Source: an uncultured Bacteroidota bacterium | GTDB taxonomy: Bacteria > Bacteroidota > Bacteroidia > Bacteroidales > VadinHA17 | Length of the DNA: 64,000 bases | Assembly: GCA_903844815.1 (NCBI GenBank) | Contig: CAIMVD010000101.1 | Span: 4,220 to 68,219 of the forward strand | Reading direction: 5' to 3' | Shown: piece by piece, positions 33,549 through 43,822 of the stretch | Layout: the number at the start of each line of letters is the position of its first letter | Numbering within the stretch: the stretch's first letter is position 1 | Program-made: the position numbers and the translations under genes | The notes under the pieces: model-generated | Database searches by the model: none | Told to the model about the DNA's origin: nothing | The model's input: only the letters and a program-made list of their open reading frames with translations

Positions 33549-35582
33549 ATGAATAATCCTCTTCTGGATAACTGGAAAACTCCCTTTGGAACTCCGCCTT
33601 TCAACGAAATTCAAAATTCGCATTTTTTGCCTGCGGCTGAGGAGGCGATAAAAATAGCAACAGAAGAGATATTGCAGATTACCGACAATCGGGAACCTGC
33701 AACATTTGAGAATACTATAGCTCGGCTTGACCTGGCAGGCGAGATCCTTGGCCGCATCTCGTCGGTCCTGTTTAACCTTAACAGTGCCGAAACAAGCAAG
33801 GAGCTTCAGGCTGCTGCAAGGGATGTTTCACCTCTCCTCACCCGTTTTTCAAATGACATTACCCTGAATGTTAAACTCTTTGACAGGATCAGTGCGGTTT
33901 ATGAAAGCAGAAATCATGAGAAGCTTACAACAGAACAGATAATACTAACCGAAAACAAGTACAGGAATTTCTTACTGGGAGGAGCAGGACTAAAAGAAGA
34001 CAAGCACAAGCGATTCAGGGAGATATCTGAAGAGATGTCTACCCTGGCGCTGAAATTTGAAGAGAATGTACTTGAGGAAACCAATTCTTTTGAGCTTCAC
34101 CTTACAGAAGAGTCCCAGCTTGAAGGATTGCCTGAGAGTCTTAAAGAACAAGCCGTTTCGGAAGCTGAAAAAAGAAATAAAACGGGTTGGATCTTTACCC
34201 TCCATTTCCCAAGTTATGTCCCTTTCATGCAGTACTCGGAGAAAAGGGAACTGCGCGAAAAGATGTTCAGGGCATATTCCTCCCGCGGGTTCAGGGATAA
34301 TGAATATGATAATAAGGCTCTTGTGGTCAGAATCGCTAATCTGCGGCTGGAATTGGCAAAAATTCTGGGTTTCGCGAATTTTGCCACCATGGCTCTCACC
34401 GACAGAATGGCCGATACTCCTGAAAAAGTTGCTTCCTTCCTTGAAAGGCTCTCTGAAGCAGCAAAACCTGCAGCAAAAAAGGATTTTGAACAGGTTTTAC
34501 TGTTTGCCGGAGAAGCAGGACATTCAGGTTCCCTTGAACGATGGGACTGGGCTTTTTATTCCGAGAAACTGAAGAAGAAGCTCCATGATATTGATGATGA
34601 AATTCTAAAACCCTATTTCCATCTGGAAGCGGTTGAAAAAGCAATTTTTGACCTTGCAGGCAAATTGTACGGAATAAAATTTGTTCTGAACAGAGATATT
34701 CCTGTATATCATCCTGAAGTAAAATCATTTGAAGTTTACGATGGGGACGGATCATTCCTCGCCTTGCTATATACTGACTATCATCCGCGACCAGGTAAGA
34801 GCGGAGGCGCCTGGATGACAAGCTACAGGGAACAGAAATATGAAGAGAATAATGATATAAGACCCTTTATCTCGATTGTTGCCAATTTTACCAGGGCAAC
34901 TGAGACCAGACCTTCACTGCTAACATTCAATGAACTTACTACTTTCCTTCATGAATTTGGCCATTCTCTGCACGGTATGCTTACCAGGTGCCATTATGAA
35001 GGTCTGTCCGGAACAAACGTAGCCCGTGATTTTGTTGAGCTTCCATCACAGTTCAGGGAGAACTATGCTTATGAGAAAGAGTGGCTTAATACCTGGGCGG
35101 TTCATTACTTAACAGGTGAGATGATCCCTGAAGAAATTATCAGGAGGGTAAAGGATGCTTCAACCTTCAACGAAGGTTATGCCTGCTCAAGACAACTTGG
35201 ATTCTGCTCCCTTGACATGGCATGGCATTCTATAAATGAACCCGCAGAAGTTGACTTAAACAGATTTGAGAAGACTGCTTTGGAAAAAACCGAATTGTTT
35301 CCTCCTGTCGAAGGAACTAACATGAGTACCTCCTTCAGTCATCTCTTCGCAGGAGGTTATGCAGCCGGATATTATGGATATAAATGGGCTGAGGTGCTCG
35401 ATGCGGATGCCTTCAGCTTTTTTACTGAAACCGGGATATTTAATCCGATAACAGCTGAACGATTCAGAAAATTTATTCTTGAAAAAGGCGGCAGTGAGAA
35501 ACCTCAGGACCTGTACCTTAATTTCAGGGGAAAGGAACCTTCAATTGAGGCTTTTCTGATCAGGAGCGGTTTGATGAAGTGA
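33549..35582 (+). CDS. dcp: M3 family metallopeptidase (peptidyl-dipeptidase Dcp)
   Basis: NPLL…TPFGTPPF, KSGGAWM, FLHEFGHSLH, DFVELPSQ and GYAAGYYGYKWAEVLDAD. Confidence 0.95.
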   Translation: MNNPLLDNWKTPFGTPPFNEIQNSHFLPAAEEAIKIATEEILQITDNREPATFENTIARLDLAGEILGRISSVLFNLNSAETSKELQAAARDVSPLLTRFSNDITLNVKLFDRISAVYESRNHEKLTTEQIILTENKYRNFLLGGAGLKEDKHKRFREISEEMSTLALKFEENVLEETNSFELHLTEESQLEGLPESLKEQAVSEAEKRNKTGWIFTLHFPSYVPFMQYSEKRELREKMFRAYSSRGFRDNEYDNKALVVRIANLRLELAKILGFANFATMALTDRMADTPEKVASFLERLSEAAKPAAKKDFEQVLLFAGEAGHSGSLERWDWAFYSEKLKKKLHDIDDEILKPYFHLEAVEKAIFDLAGKLYGIKFVLNRDIPVYHPEVKSFEVYDGDGSFLALLYTDYHPRPGKSGGAWMTSYREQKYEENNDIRPFISIVANFTRATETRPSLLTFNELTTFLHEFGHSLHGMLTRCHYEGLSGTNVARDFVELPSQFRENYAYEKEWLNTWAVHYLTGEMIPEEIIRRVKDASTFNEGYACSRQLGFCSLDMAWHSINEPAEVDLNRFEKTALEKTELFPPVEGTNMSTSFSHLFAGGYAAGYYGYKWAEVLDADAFSFFTETGIFNPITAERFRKFILEKGGSEKPQDLYLNFRGKEPSIEAFLIRSGLMK

Positions 35583-35623
35583 CCTGCTATGGAGAATCCC
35601 GTCCTGAAAATAAAATTTAATGC

Positions 35624-35631
35624 TATCTTTG
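35624..35631 (+). promoter_or_regulatory. Bacteroidota -7 promoter element for purL
   Basis: TATCTTTG, 65 nt upstream of the ATG. Confidence 0.55.
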
Positions 35632-35696
35632 CGAAGCTCTTTACTAGTTAAAAAACCTTTTAAGTACTTATTTATCAGCACATTAAAATTCGCCAT

Positions 35697-38600
35697 ATGA
35701 TCCTCTTTTTCGAATCCCCATCTGGAAACCTGATAGCTGCCGGCACATCAGATAAACTGACGCAGAATGACATCGAAAAACTTACCTGGCTTTTTGGAAA
35801 CGCCCGTATGATGGAAAAAGAGAGTATCCAGGGCTTTTTCGTTGGTCCCAGAAAAGAGATGGTAACCCCGTGGAGCACAAATGCTGTTGAAATAACTCAG
35901 AATATGGGCATTGCGGGAATAAATCGAATAGAAGAGTTCCATCTCACAGAATCTTCACTTCCTCACCACGACCCAATGCTGCAATCGGTTTATCAAGGAC
36001 TCGACCAGCATTTATTTACAATCGATAAAGTGCCCGATAAAGTTCTCTATATCGACGATATAAAAGAATATAACCTGAAAGAAGGTCTTGCCCTTAACAA
36101 TGATGAGATTGCATATCTTGAGGGGCTTCGGGTTTCCCTTGGACGCAAACTTACCGATAGCGAAGTGTTCGGATTTTCGCAAGTCAATTCCGAACACTGC
36201 AGGCATAAAATCTTCAACGGCACTTTTATTATTTCAGGGGAGGAGAAAAATGACACCTTATTTCAAATGATAAGGGAAACCACCAAAACAAATCCAAACA
36301 AGGTAGTTTCAGCCTATAAAGATAATTGTGCATTTATCCAGGGGCCCGTCGTAGAACAATTCGCCCCGTCTACCCAGGACAAACCTGATTATTTCAGAAT
36401 AGATGATTTTGAATCAGTGCTTTCAATTAAGGCTGAGACTCATAATTTTCCGACAACAGTCGAACCTTTTAACGGAGCGGCAACAGGAACAGGCGGGGAG
36501 ATCAGAGACCGCATTGCAGGGGGAAAAGGTGCCTTTCCTATTGCCGGAACTGCTGTTTACATGACCTCTTATCCACGTCCGGATGGAAACCGTTCATGGG
36601 AAAAGGCCACCGATGAAAGACCATGGCTCTATCAGACACCAGAAGATATTCTGATAAAAGCATCGAATGGAGCCAGCGACTTTGGCAATAAATTCGGACA
36701 ACCTCTTATCTGCGGATCAGTGTTCACCTTTGAACATTTCGAGCATATGAAAAAGTTCGGATATGATAAGGTTATTATGCTCGCCGGCGGTATAGGAATC
36801 GGGAAAAAGAAGGATAGTGAAAAGAGTATTCCTGAAAAGGGGGACATTATTGTGCTCCTTGGCGGCGATAATTACAGAATCGGCATGGGTGGTGGAGCCG
36901 TATCGTCGGTTGATACAGGCGAATTCCACAGCTCTATTGAACTCAATGCTGTTCAAAGGGCTAATCCCGAGATGCAGAAGAGAGTATATAATGCTATCAG
37001 GGCTTTCAGCGAATCGGATAACAACCCTGTTATATCAATACATGACCACGGTGCAGGCGGACACCTTAACTGTCTTTCAGAACTGGTTGAAGCCACAGGC
37101 GGCAGGATAGATATCAGCAAACTGCCTGTTGGTGACCCTACCCTTTCAGCCAGGGAGATTATTGGAAACGAGTCACAGGAGAGAATGGGACTTGTAATTA
37201 AGAAAAAAGATGCCGAAGTAGTCAGGATGATTTCCGAAAGGGAACGAGCCCCTATTTATGTTATCGGTGAGGTAACAGACGACCATCAGTTCACTCTTGT
37301 TAACTCTGTTACGGGTGAAATGCCAATCGATATTACACTGGAATCGCTTTTCGGAAATCCTCCGAAAACAGTTATGAATGATTCCCCTGTTGAAAACGGA
37401 TACAGGGAATTGAAATACGACACGGAGAAAATACACGAATATCTTGACCAGGTATTACAGCTTGAAGAGGTTGCATGCAAGGACTGGCTAACCAATAAGG
37501 TTGACAGGTCGGTAACCGGCCGTATTGCCAAACAGCAATGCGCAGGTCCGCTTCAGCTTCCCCTTAACAATCTTGGTGCCATAGCCCTCGACTACCGTGG
37601 AGTTAAAGGAATGGCAACATCAATCGGTCATGCCCCGGCTGCGGGGCTTGTTGATCCTGCTGCTGGTTCCGTTCTATCAATTGCCGAGGCGCTTACGAAT
37701 ATTATCTGGGCACCGATGCCCGACATGCTAAGTAGTGTCTCACTTTCAGCAAACTGGATGTGGCCCTGCAAAAATCAGGGCGAAGATGCCAGATTATATT
37801 CTGCAGTAAAGGCTGCCAGTGATTTTTCTATTGCTCTTGGCATTAATATCCCAACCGGCAAGGACAGTCTTTCCATGACTCAAAAATACAGCGACCAGGT
37901 AGTTTATTCACCTGGTACCGTAATCATTTCGGCATCAGGTGAAGTTTCGGAAATAAGAAAAATAGTTGAACCTGTAATTGTCAATGATCCGGCTACAAGC
38001 TTACTTTACATCGACATGAGTTCCGATGACTTCAAAACAGGAGGAAGCTCCCTTGCCCAGATACTGAACAGGCTGGGCAATGAAGTTCCAACTGTAAAGG
38101 ATCCGGAATATTTCAAAACCGTCTTCGATACAGTTCAGGAACTGATATCTGAAGACAAGATCATGGCAGGCCATGACATATCTGCAGGAGGGATGATAAC
38201 AACATTGCTTGAAATGTGTTTCGCGAACATTTCCGGCGGATTGATGATAAATCTATCGGCCTTCGATGAAAACGATACAGTTAAAATCCTTTTCAGTCAG
38301 AATCCCGGCATCATTATTCAGGTAAGTGAAGCTGATGAAGCGGAGATTGAAGAGAAGCTTCTTGAGAACGGGATCTCGTACTACTCTATTGGTCATCCGA
38401 TTGATGAAAGAGCGCTTCTGGTTGCAAATATGAATAAGAATCTGAAGTTTAGTATTGATATTCTTCGCGACAAATGGTTTCATACCTCGTACCTCCTCGA
38501 CAGAAGACAAAGCGGCTCCGAAAAGGCACTCGAAAGATACCATCACTATAAAAAACATGATCTTAAATTCCGTTTGGTCAGCTTTGACGGATCATTTAAA

Positions 38601-39392
38601 TCGCTTGGCATCTCGCCTGACCGACGGATAGCAAGCGGTGTACGTGCAGCCATTATCAGGGAGAAAGGTGTTAATGGCGACAGAGAAATGGCCTATGCAC
38701 TCTATCTGGCCGGCTTTGATGTAAAAGATGTCCATATGACCGACCTTATCTCGGGAAGAGAAACACTCGAAGATCTGAATATGATAGTATTTGTCGGAGG
38801 GTTCTCAAATTCAGATGTGCTTGGATCTGCAAAGGGTTGGGCCGGGGCATTCAAATATAACGAAAAGGCAAAAAGCACACTCGAAAACTTTTATAAAAGG
38901 GAAGATACTCTTTCCCTGGGTGTTTGCAATGGCTGTCAGCTAATGGTTGAACTTGGACTGGTTTATCCCGATCAAAAAAAGCGACCAGAACTCCATCACA
39001 ACAGATCACATAAATTCGAATCGGGATTTATAGGCGTAAAAATACAGGATAACAAATCAATAATGCTGGCCAACCTGAAGGGTATGGAACTGGGAATCTG
39101 GGTGGCTCACGGGGAAGGGAAATTTACATTACCTGATTCGGAAGATAAGTACAATATAGTTATGAAATACAGCAAGAGTTCATACCCGGCAAACCCAAAC
39201 GGATCCGATTACGATGTTGCTGGTTTATGTTCCGCTGATGGTCGCCATCTGGTAATGATGCCACATCTTGAGAGAGCCTATTTCCCATGGCAATGCGGAT
39301 TTTACCCCGAAGAGAATAAAAAAGACGATGTAACACCCTGGATGAAAGCGTTTGTTAATGCCAGAGAATGGATTGAAAAAATCAACGGGTAA
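35697..39392 (+). CDS. purL: Phosphoribosylformylglycinamidine synthase (large single-chain type)
   Basis: NSEHCRHKIFN, KAETHNFPT, HDHGAGG, GKDSLSM; glutaminase domain GVCNGCQ…MPHLER. Confidence 0.98.
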   Translation: MILFFESPSGNLIAAGTSDKLTQNDIEKLTWLFGNARMMEKESIQGFFVGPRKEMVTPWSTNAVEITQNMGIAGINRIEEFHLTESSLPHHDPMLQSVYQGLDQHLFTIDKVPDKVLYIDDIKEYNLKEGLALNNDEIAYLEGLRVSLGRKLTDSEVFGFSQVNSEHCRHKIFNGTFIISGEEKNDTLFQMIRETTKTNPNKVVSAYKDNCAFIQGPVVEQFAPSTQDKPDYFRIDDFESVLSIKAETHNFPTTVEPFNGAATGTGGEIRDRIAGGKGAFPIAGTAVYMTSYPRPDGNRSWEKATDERPWLYQTPEDILIKASNGASDFGNKFGQPLICGSVFTFEHFEHMKKFGYDKVIMLAGGIGIGKKKDSEKSIPEKGDIIVLLGGDNYRIGMGGGAVSSVDTGEFHSSIELNAVQRANPEMQKRVYNAIRAFSESDNNPVISIHDHGAGGHLNCLSELVEATGGRIDISKLPVGDPTLSAREIIGNESQERMGLVIKKKDAEVVRMISERERAPIYVIGEVTDDHQFTLVNSVTGEMPIDITLESLFGNPPKTVMNDSPVENGYRELKYDTEKIHEYLDQVLQLEEVACKDWLTNKVDRSVTGRIAKQQCAGPLQLPLNNLGAIALDYRGVKGMATSIGHAPAAGLVDPAAGSVLSIAEALTNIIWAPMPDMLSSVSLSANWMWPCKNQGEDARLYSAVKAASDFSIALGINIPTGKDSLSMTQKYSDQVVYSPGTVIISASGEVSEIRKIVEPVIVNDPATSLLYIDMSSDDFKTGGSSLAQILNRLGNEVPTVKDPEYFKTVFDTVQELISEDKIMAGHDISAGGMITTLLEMCFANISGGLMINLSAFDENDTVKILFSQNPGIIIQVSEADEAEIEEKLLENGISYYSIGHPIDERALLVANMNKNLKFSIDILRDKWFHTSYLLDRRQSGSEKALERYHHYKKHDLKFRLVSFDGSFKSLGISPDRRIASGVRAAIIREKGVNGDREMAYALYLAGFDVKDVHMTDLISGRETLEDLNMIVFVGGFSNSDVLGSAKGWAGAFKYNEKAKSTLENFYKREDTLSLGVCNGCQLMVELGLVYPDQKKRPELHHNRSHKFESGFIGVKIQDNKSIMLANLKGMELGIWVAHGEGKFTLPDSEDKYNIVMKYSKSSYPANPNGSDYDVAGLCSADGRHLVMMPHLERAYFPWQCGFYPEENKKDDVTPWMKAFVNAREWIEKING

Positions 39393-39951
39393 TTGGAGTC
39401 AGGAAAACTGAAATAAGTTTTGAACTGTCATCCGTATTGAGAGCAGCGGCATTATAATCCTTTGGAAGGATTTTATCACTGATGACTGTTATACTGTATG
39501 AACCTGTATCCTGAATATACAGGGAACCCAAAAACGAATCAGCCCTGAAATACGGATATGAGACATCAGATGAGTGCAGGACTATTTTATCGCAGCCGGG
39601 ACGCTTCTCAATATTATTTTCCCTTATATTAAACCTGACATTATTCCTGTATCTAAGATTTGTTGTATCAATAGTTGCACTTGACAGCCATACATCAAAC
39701 CGTCCGGATTTGGAAACCAGAACACTCCATTCGGCAGTGTTGTTTTTAGGGTCAGCCACATCGTGATAAAGGGCTGCCTTTTCAACTCTAAGCGAAATCG
39801 ATCCGTCTTTCTCCTGAAGGATCTTACTCCCGTCAGAATCGCTATTTACATCAGCTGTCGCTGTATTTTCACCTGAACCGACATTTTTGCCGCAAGAGCT
39901 GAAAAATGCAACCATTAATATCACTGAACATGTAAATAATATCCTTTTCAT
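39382..39951 (-). CDS. Hypothetical lipoprotein (beta-rich, possibly carbohydrate-binding-like)
   Basis: Start MKRILF at 39951 with lipobox FSSC; beta-strand-rich body; no family recognised with certainty. Confidence 0.7.
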   Translation of the reverse strand: MKRILFTCSVILMVAFFSSCGKNVGSGENTATADVNSDSDGSKILQEKDGSISLRVEKAALYHDVADPKNNTAEWSVLVSKSGRFDVWLSSATIDTTNLRYRNNVRFNIRENNIEKRPGCDKIVLHSSDVSYPYFRADSFLGSLYIQDTGSYSITVISDKILPKDYNAAALNTDDSSKLISVFLTPITR

Positions 39952-40254
39952 TTTCAATTCTTCTTTTAACATTTATCTGATTTTATAACGAGTTAAAGTC
40001 AATTTAAGTATAACACAGCAAAAAAAAATCAACTTTTTGAGCCTCAATTAACTAATCTGGTGGCTGGCTTTTTACGTGAAATAAAATTCTCAAACTATTC
40101 TTAACATTGCATTACGGGGTAAAGGTAACAAACTGATATCACAAAAAATATTCTTTTTGACAAGCGGTTAGTTTATTGTGATAATTGAGCTTTTTTGGGG
40201 ATTAAGCATTTTTATGGCTTTTTTCGCCTGTTTGAAAACCTGAATCTAATAAAG

Positions 40255-40304
40255 TTCCTGATTCTATCTGAATTCCTTTTTGAGGCTTCAGATAAAATCA
40301 GGAA
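40255..40304 (-). terminator. 18-bp stem hairpin downstream of iolG
   Basis: ttcctgattctatctgaa (40255-40272) pairs 17/18 with ttcagataaaatcaggaa (40287-40304). Confidence 0.7.
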
Positions 40305-40337
40305 TACATAAAAAGCCAGAACTATTAATCTAAAAAC

Positions 40338-41351
40338 TTAAATAATTTCTTTAAGTTTCACAGGTCTGCTCTCCAGATATGATTTTTTCGCAGCAATAGC
40401 AATTGCTACAGACATAAGTCCGTCGTAACCCGAAACGGGAAGAACCAGATTATTAATAATAGCGTTGCAAAATATTTTCATCTCATTAGCATAAGCTTCA
40501 AGATACCTGTCCATGAAGAAATTCAGAGGCAGGGCACCGTGAACTCCATCGCTACTGTAGAACCGGTGATTATCAGGAAAATTATTATCAGCACTGGCCA
40601 TACCTTTCGATCCGAATATTTCAACCCTCTGGTCGTAACCATAAACAGCTTTCCTGCTATTGTCAATCACTCCGATGGCTCCATTCTCAAAGGATAATGT
40701 AATAATTGCCGTATCAACGTCACCAGCCCTGCCTATTTCAGGATCTACAAGTACAGCAGCCTTTGTAAAGACCTCTGTAACCTCACTGCCGGCAATATAG
40801 CGGGCCATATCGAAATCATGAATTGTCATGTCCATAAACATTCCACCCGATACTGCGCTGTATTTGGCCGGAGGTGGTGCCGGGTCACGCGAAGTAATTT
40901 TAAGTATATGAGGTTCACCGATCTTTCCAGCTACAACCATCTGTTTAATTTTAAGAAAGTTAGGATCAAACCTCCGGTTAAAACCTACCATAAGTTTTAC
41001 GCCTGCCGATTCTACTGCCATTAAAGCCCCTTTTATAATCTCAAGCGACAGGTCAACAGGTTTTTCGCAAAAGATGTGCTTCCCGGCTTTTGCGGCATCA
41101 ACGATAATTTGGGCATGAGTGTCAGTAGATGAACATATTACAATGGCATCCACTCCGGAATGATTAATTACATCCAAATAGTTGCTATAGACTGATTTTA
41201 TGCCGAATTGTCCCGCAACCTCCTTTGCCGAATCAAGGTTTACATCGGCTACGGCAATAACTTCTGCCTGAGGTACATTTTGAACCAGAGTCGCAATGTG
41301 CACCTTACCTATGCGACCTGTTCCGATAACTCCAAGATTGATTTTTTCCAT
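40338..41351 (-). CDS. iolG: myo-Inositol 2-dehydrogenase
   Basis: GTGRIG, CEKPVDL, VGFNRRFDP, TSRDPAPP, DMTIHDFD and GYDQRVE. Confidence 0.93.
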   Translation of the reverse strand: MEKINLGVIGTGRIGKVHIATLVQNVPQAEVIAVADVNLDSAKEVAGQFGIKSVYSNYLDVINHSGVDAIVICSSTDTHAQIIVDAAKAGKHIFCEKPVDLSLEIIKGALMAVESAGVKLMVGFNRRFDPNFLKIKQMVVAGKIGEPHILKITSRDPAPPPAKYSAVSGGMFMDMTIHDFDMARYIAGSEVTEVFTKAAVLVDPEIGRAGDVDTAIITLSFENGAIGVIDNSRKAVYGYDQRVEIFGSKGMASADNNFPDNHRFYSSDGVHGALPLNFFMDRYLEAYANEMKIFCNAIINNLVLPVSGYDGLMSVAIAIAAKKSYLESRPVKLKEII

Positions 41352-41385
41352 TGGTATGATATTTTTTTGGTTTGAAGGGTTAAAA

Positions 41386-42285
41386 TTATAAGCTCAATGA
41401 TTTAAGGTAATTACGATTCCTGCCGGCACAAATTTCAGGATTTCCCATCCCGGGAAGCACATCCTGCTCCACGACTATCCATCCCGAGTATTCCTGATCA
41501 CGAAGTTCCTTTACTATTGCCGGAAAATCTACAGCGCCTTTTCCAAGTTCACAAAAAACTCCGCTGCCTACCGATTTGAAATAGTCCCAGCCTTCATTTC
41601 TTGATTGGTCTGCGATTTCAGGATGGCAATCCTTAAAATGAATATGCCATATCCTGCCATAATGATTCTTAAGCGCTGAAAGAGGATCGCCTCCGCCAAA
41701 CATATAATGGCCCATATCAAGTACAAGCCCTACAAGCAAAGGATCAGTGTATTCAAGAAGCTTGTCTATCTCAGCAGGTGTTTCAACATACCCTGCACAA
41801 TGATGATGAAAGACAGTGCGCAGGCCGGTTGATTTTTTCACTTCGGCGGCTACAAGATTCGCTCCTTCGGCAAAGATCTTCCATTCTGCGTCAGAGAGGC
41901 TCATTTCAGGTGTAATCCTTCCAGCGTTTTCAGTACGCTCTTTAATAGTACCGTTTTCATCGGCTAAAACGATAAATGCATCTTTATAGCCGGCATCAGC
42001 CATTAATTTTGCCGTTTTAACAGCTGCTTCCGCACCAGCAGCATGCTTTGATTTATCCTTCAGAAAAACCGGGACAAAGGCACCAACCATTGACAAATTT
42101 CTTTTTTCAAGTTCCGATTTCAGTTCTGAAGGAACAACCGGCATGAAACCCCAGTCTCCAAGTTCACTTCCCTCATAACCTGTATCGCGGATCTCATCAA
42201 GAACCTGGTCATAAGTGGCTGCTTTGCCTTCAAGATCAAATTCCAGGACGCCCCAGGAACATGGGGCATTAGCTATTTTTATCAT
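41386..42285 (-). CDS. iolE: Inosose dehydratase-like TIM-barrel protein
   Basis: ANAPCSWG, ELGDWGF, FHHH, DMGH, HIHFKD, FCELGKG and VVEQD; located in an iol operon. Confidence 0.85.
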   Translation of the reverse strand: MIKIANAPCSWGVLEFDLEGKAATYDQVLDEIRDTGYEGSELGDWGFMPVVPSELKSELEKRNLSMVGAFVPVFLKDKSKHAAGAEAAVKTAKLMADAGYKDAFIVLADENGTIKERTENAGRITPEMSLSDAEWKIFAEGANLVAAEVKKSTGLRTVFHHHCAGYVETPAEIDKLLEYTDPLLVGLVLDMGHYMFGGGDPLSALKNHYGRIWHIHFKDCHPEIADQSRNEGWDYFKSVGSGVFCELGKGAVDFPAIVKELRDQEYSGWIVVEQDVLPGMGNPEICAGRNRNYLKSLSL

Positions 42286-42315
42286 ATTAAGTTATTTATT
42301 TGGTACGTTAAAAAA

Positions 42316-43788
42316 TCAGAATTTTCTGCTCCACTCATCATGCCAGCGCTCAATGACAACCTTTGTCTGGGTATAGAACTCAATTGCATGCCCCGATTGT
42401 CCGTGCAGATCACCGAAGAAACTCTCTTTCCATCCGCTAAAGGGAAAGAAAGCCATCGGAGCCGCAATACCTATGTTTATCCCGATATTTCCTGCCAGCG
42501 CGTCGTGACGGAACTTCCTTGCTGCGGATCCGCTCCTTGTAAAGATGCATGCTGAATTTCCAAAACGGCTTTTATTGATTATCTCAATGGCAGCGTCCAG
42601 AGATGAGACATTTATTATTGTCAGTACCGGTCCGAAAATCTCGGTATTGTACAATTCACCATCCGGATCGACATTAGTCAGAACGGTTGGACCAATGAAG
42701 TTACCTTTTTCCAGGCCCGGGACAGAAATATTTCTGCCGTCGAGCAATAGGCGTGCACCTTCGGCAACACCTTTCTGTACTAGTTTTTCAATTCGTTCCT
42801 TGCTTTCAGGTGAAATCACCGGGCCCATTTCAGTCTCAGGCGACAATCCGTCGCCAGTCTTCTTCGACCGGGCAGCCTCTAAGATCTTTTCAGTAAAAAT
42901 TTCACCGGCACTACCCACTGTGATCACAACCGAAGCAGCCAGGCATCTCTGTCCGGCACATCCGAAAGCACTGTCGGCAATGATTCTGACGGTGGTTTCA
43001 ACATCGGCATCGGGCATCACCACAACAGGGTTTTTTGCACCGCCCTGAGCCTGAACGCGCTTGTTATATTTGACTCCGGTCTGGTAGATATATTTTGCCA
43101 CAGGTGAAGATCCCACAAAACTGATTGCTGGCACAAGCGGATTTTCGAGAATTGCATCTACAGTCTCCCTGCCACCGTGAACGAGGTTCAGCACACCCTT
43201 AGGAAGGTCCAGACCTTCAAAAAGTTCAAATATCCGGGCCATGGTCAGGGGAACTTTTTCCGAAGGCTTTACAATAAAAGTATTACCTGTAGCAATGGCA
43301 TAAGGCATGAACCAGAAAGGTATCATCACCGGAAAGTTAAAGGGCGATATACAAGCCCCGACGCCAAGCGGCTGACGTATATAGAACTCGTCTATACCTC
43401 GTGCAATATCTTCTGAAAAATCGCTCTGCATGAGTTTCGGAATGCCACAGGCAACTTCAATATTCTCAACGGCTCGTGTGATTTCAGCCTTTGACTCACC
43501 AAGTGTCTTCCCGCATTCCCTGGTGCATATTTCGGCAATCTCATCACCTTTAGCTTCAAGTATCTGCTTCATTTTAAAAAGATACTGAATCCTCTGCAAA
43601 GCAGGAGTATTTCGCCATGCAGGCCAGGCTTCATGAGCTTTTTCAGCAGCAATAATCACATCCTTCCCCGATCCTGCCGGGACCAGGGCAAGAAGCTGAC
43701 CTGTTGCAGGATTGATTACGTCGAGATATCCGGAACCGAGCGAATCAACCCATTCTCCGTTAATATAATTTTTAAGTTTAAGTGCCAT
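42316..43788 (-). CDS. iolA: CoA-acylating (methyl)malonate-semialdehyde dehydrogenase
   Basis: PFNFPVMIP, KPSEKVP, FVGSSPVA, QAQGGAKN, GCAGQRCLA and FFGDLH. Confidence 0.95.
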   Translation of the reverse strand: MALKLKNYINGEWVDSLGSGYLDVINPATGQLLALVPAGSGKDVIIAAEKAHEAWPAWRNTPALQRIQYLFKMKQILEAKGDEIAEICTRECGKTLGESKAEITRAVENIEVACGIPKLMQSDFSEDIARGIDEFYIRQPLGVGACISPFNFPVMIPFWFMPYAIATGNTFIVKPSEKVPLTMARIFELFEGLDLPKGVLNLVHGGRETVDAILENPLVPAISFVGSSPVAKYIYQTGVKYNKRVQAQGGAKNPVVVMPDADVETTVRIIADSAFGCAGQRCLAASVVITVGSAGEIFTEKILEAARSKKTGDGLSPETEMGPVISPESKERIEKLVQKGVAEGARLLLDGRNISVPGLEKGNFIGPTVLTNVDPDGELYNTEIFGPVLTIINVSSLDAAIEIINKSRFGNSACIFTRSGSAARKFRHDALAGNIGINIGIAAPMAFFPFSGWKESFFGDLHGQSGHAIEFYTQTKVVIERWHDEWSRKF

Positions 43789-43822
43789 TATTTAAATATT
43801 TCAAATTAGCAATTTTCAATTT

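Noticed and set aside
33268-33623. Minus-strand repetitive ORFs (RVSKV… and CLECLEC…) and a possible CRISPR-like array
   Set aside because: These are by-products of a 9-nt tandem repeat lacking stops in some frames. There are no unique spacers and no cas genes, so it is not CRISPR.
35040-35070. Dcp ELPSQFRENY where Met is usual (ELPSQFMEN)
   Set aside because: The zinc ligands HExxH and the downstream Glu are intact. A single substitution or base error is not evidence of altered function.
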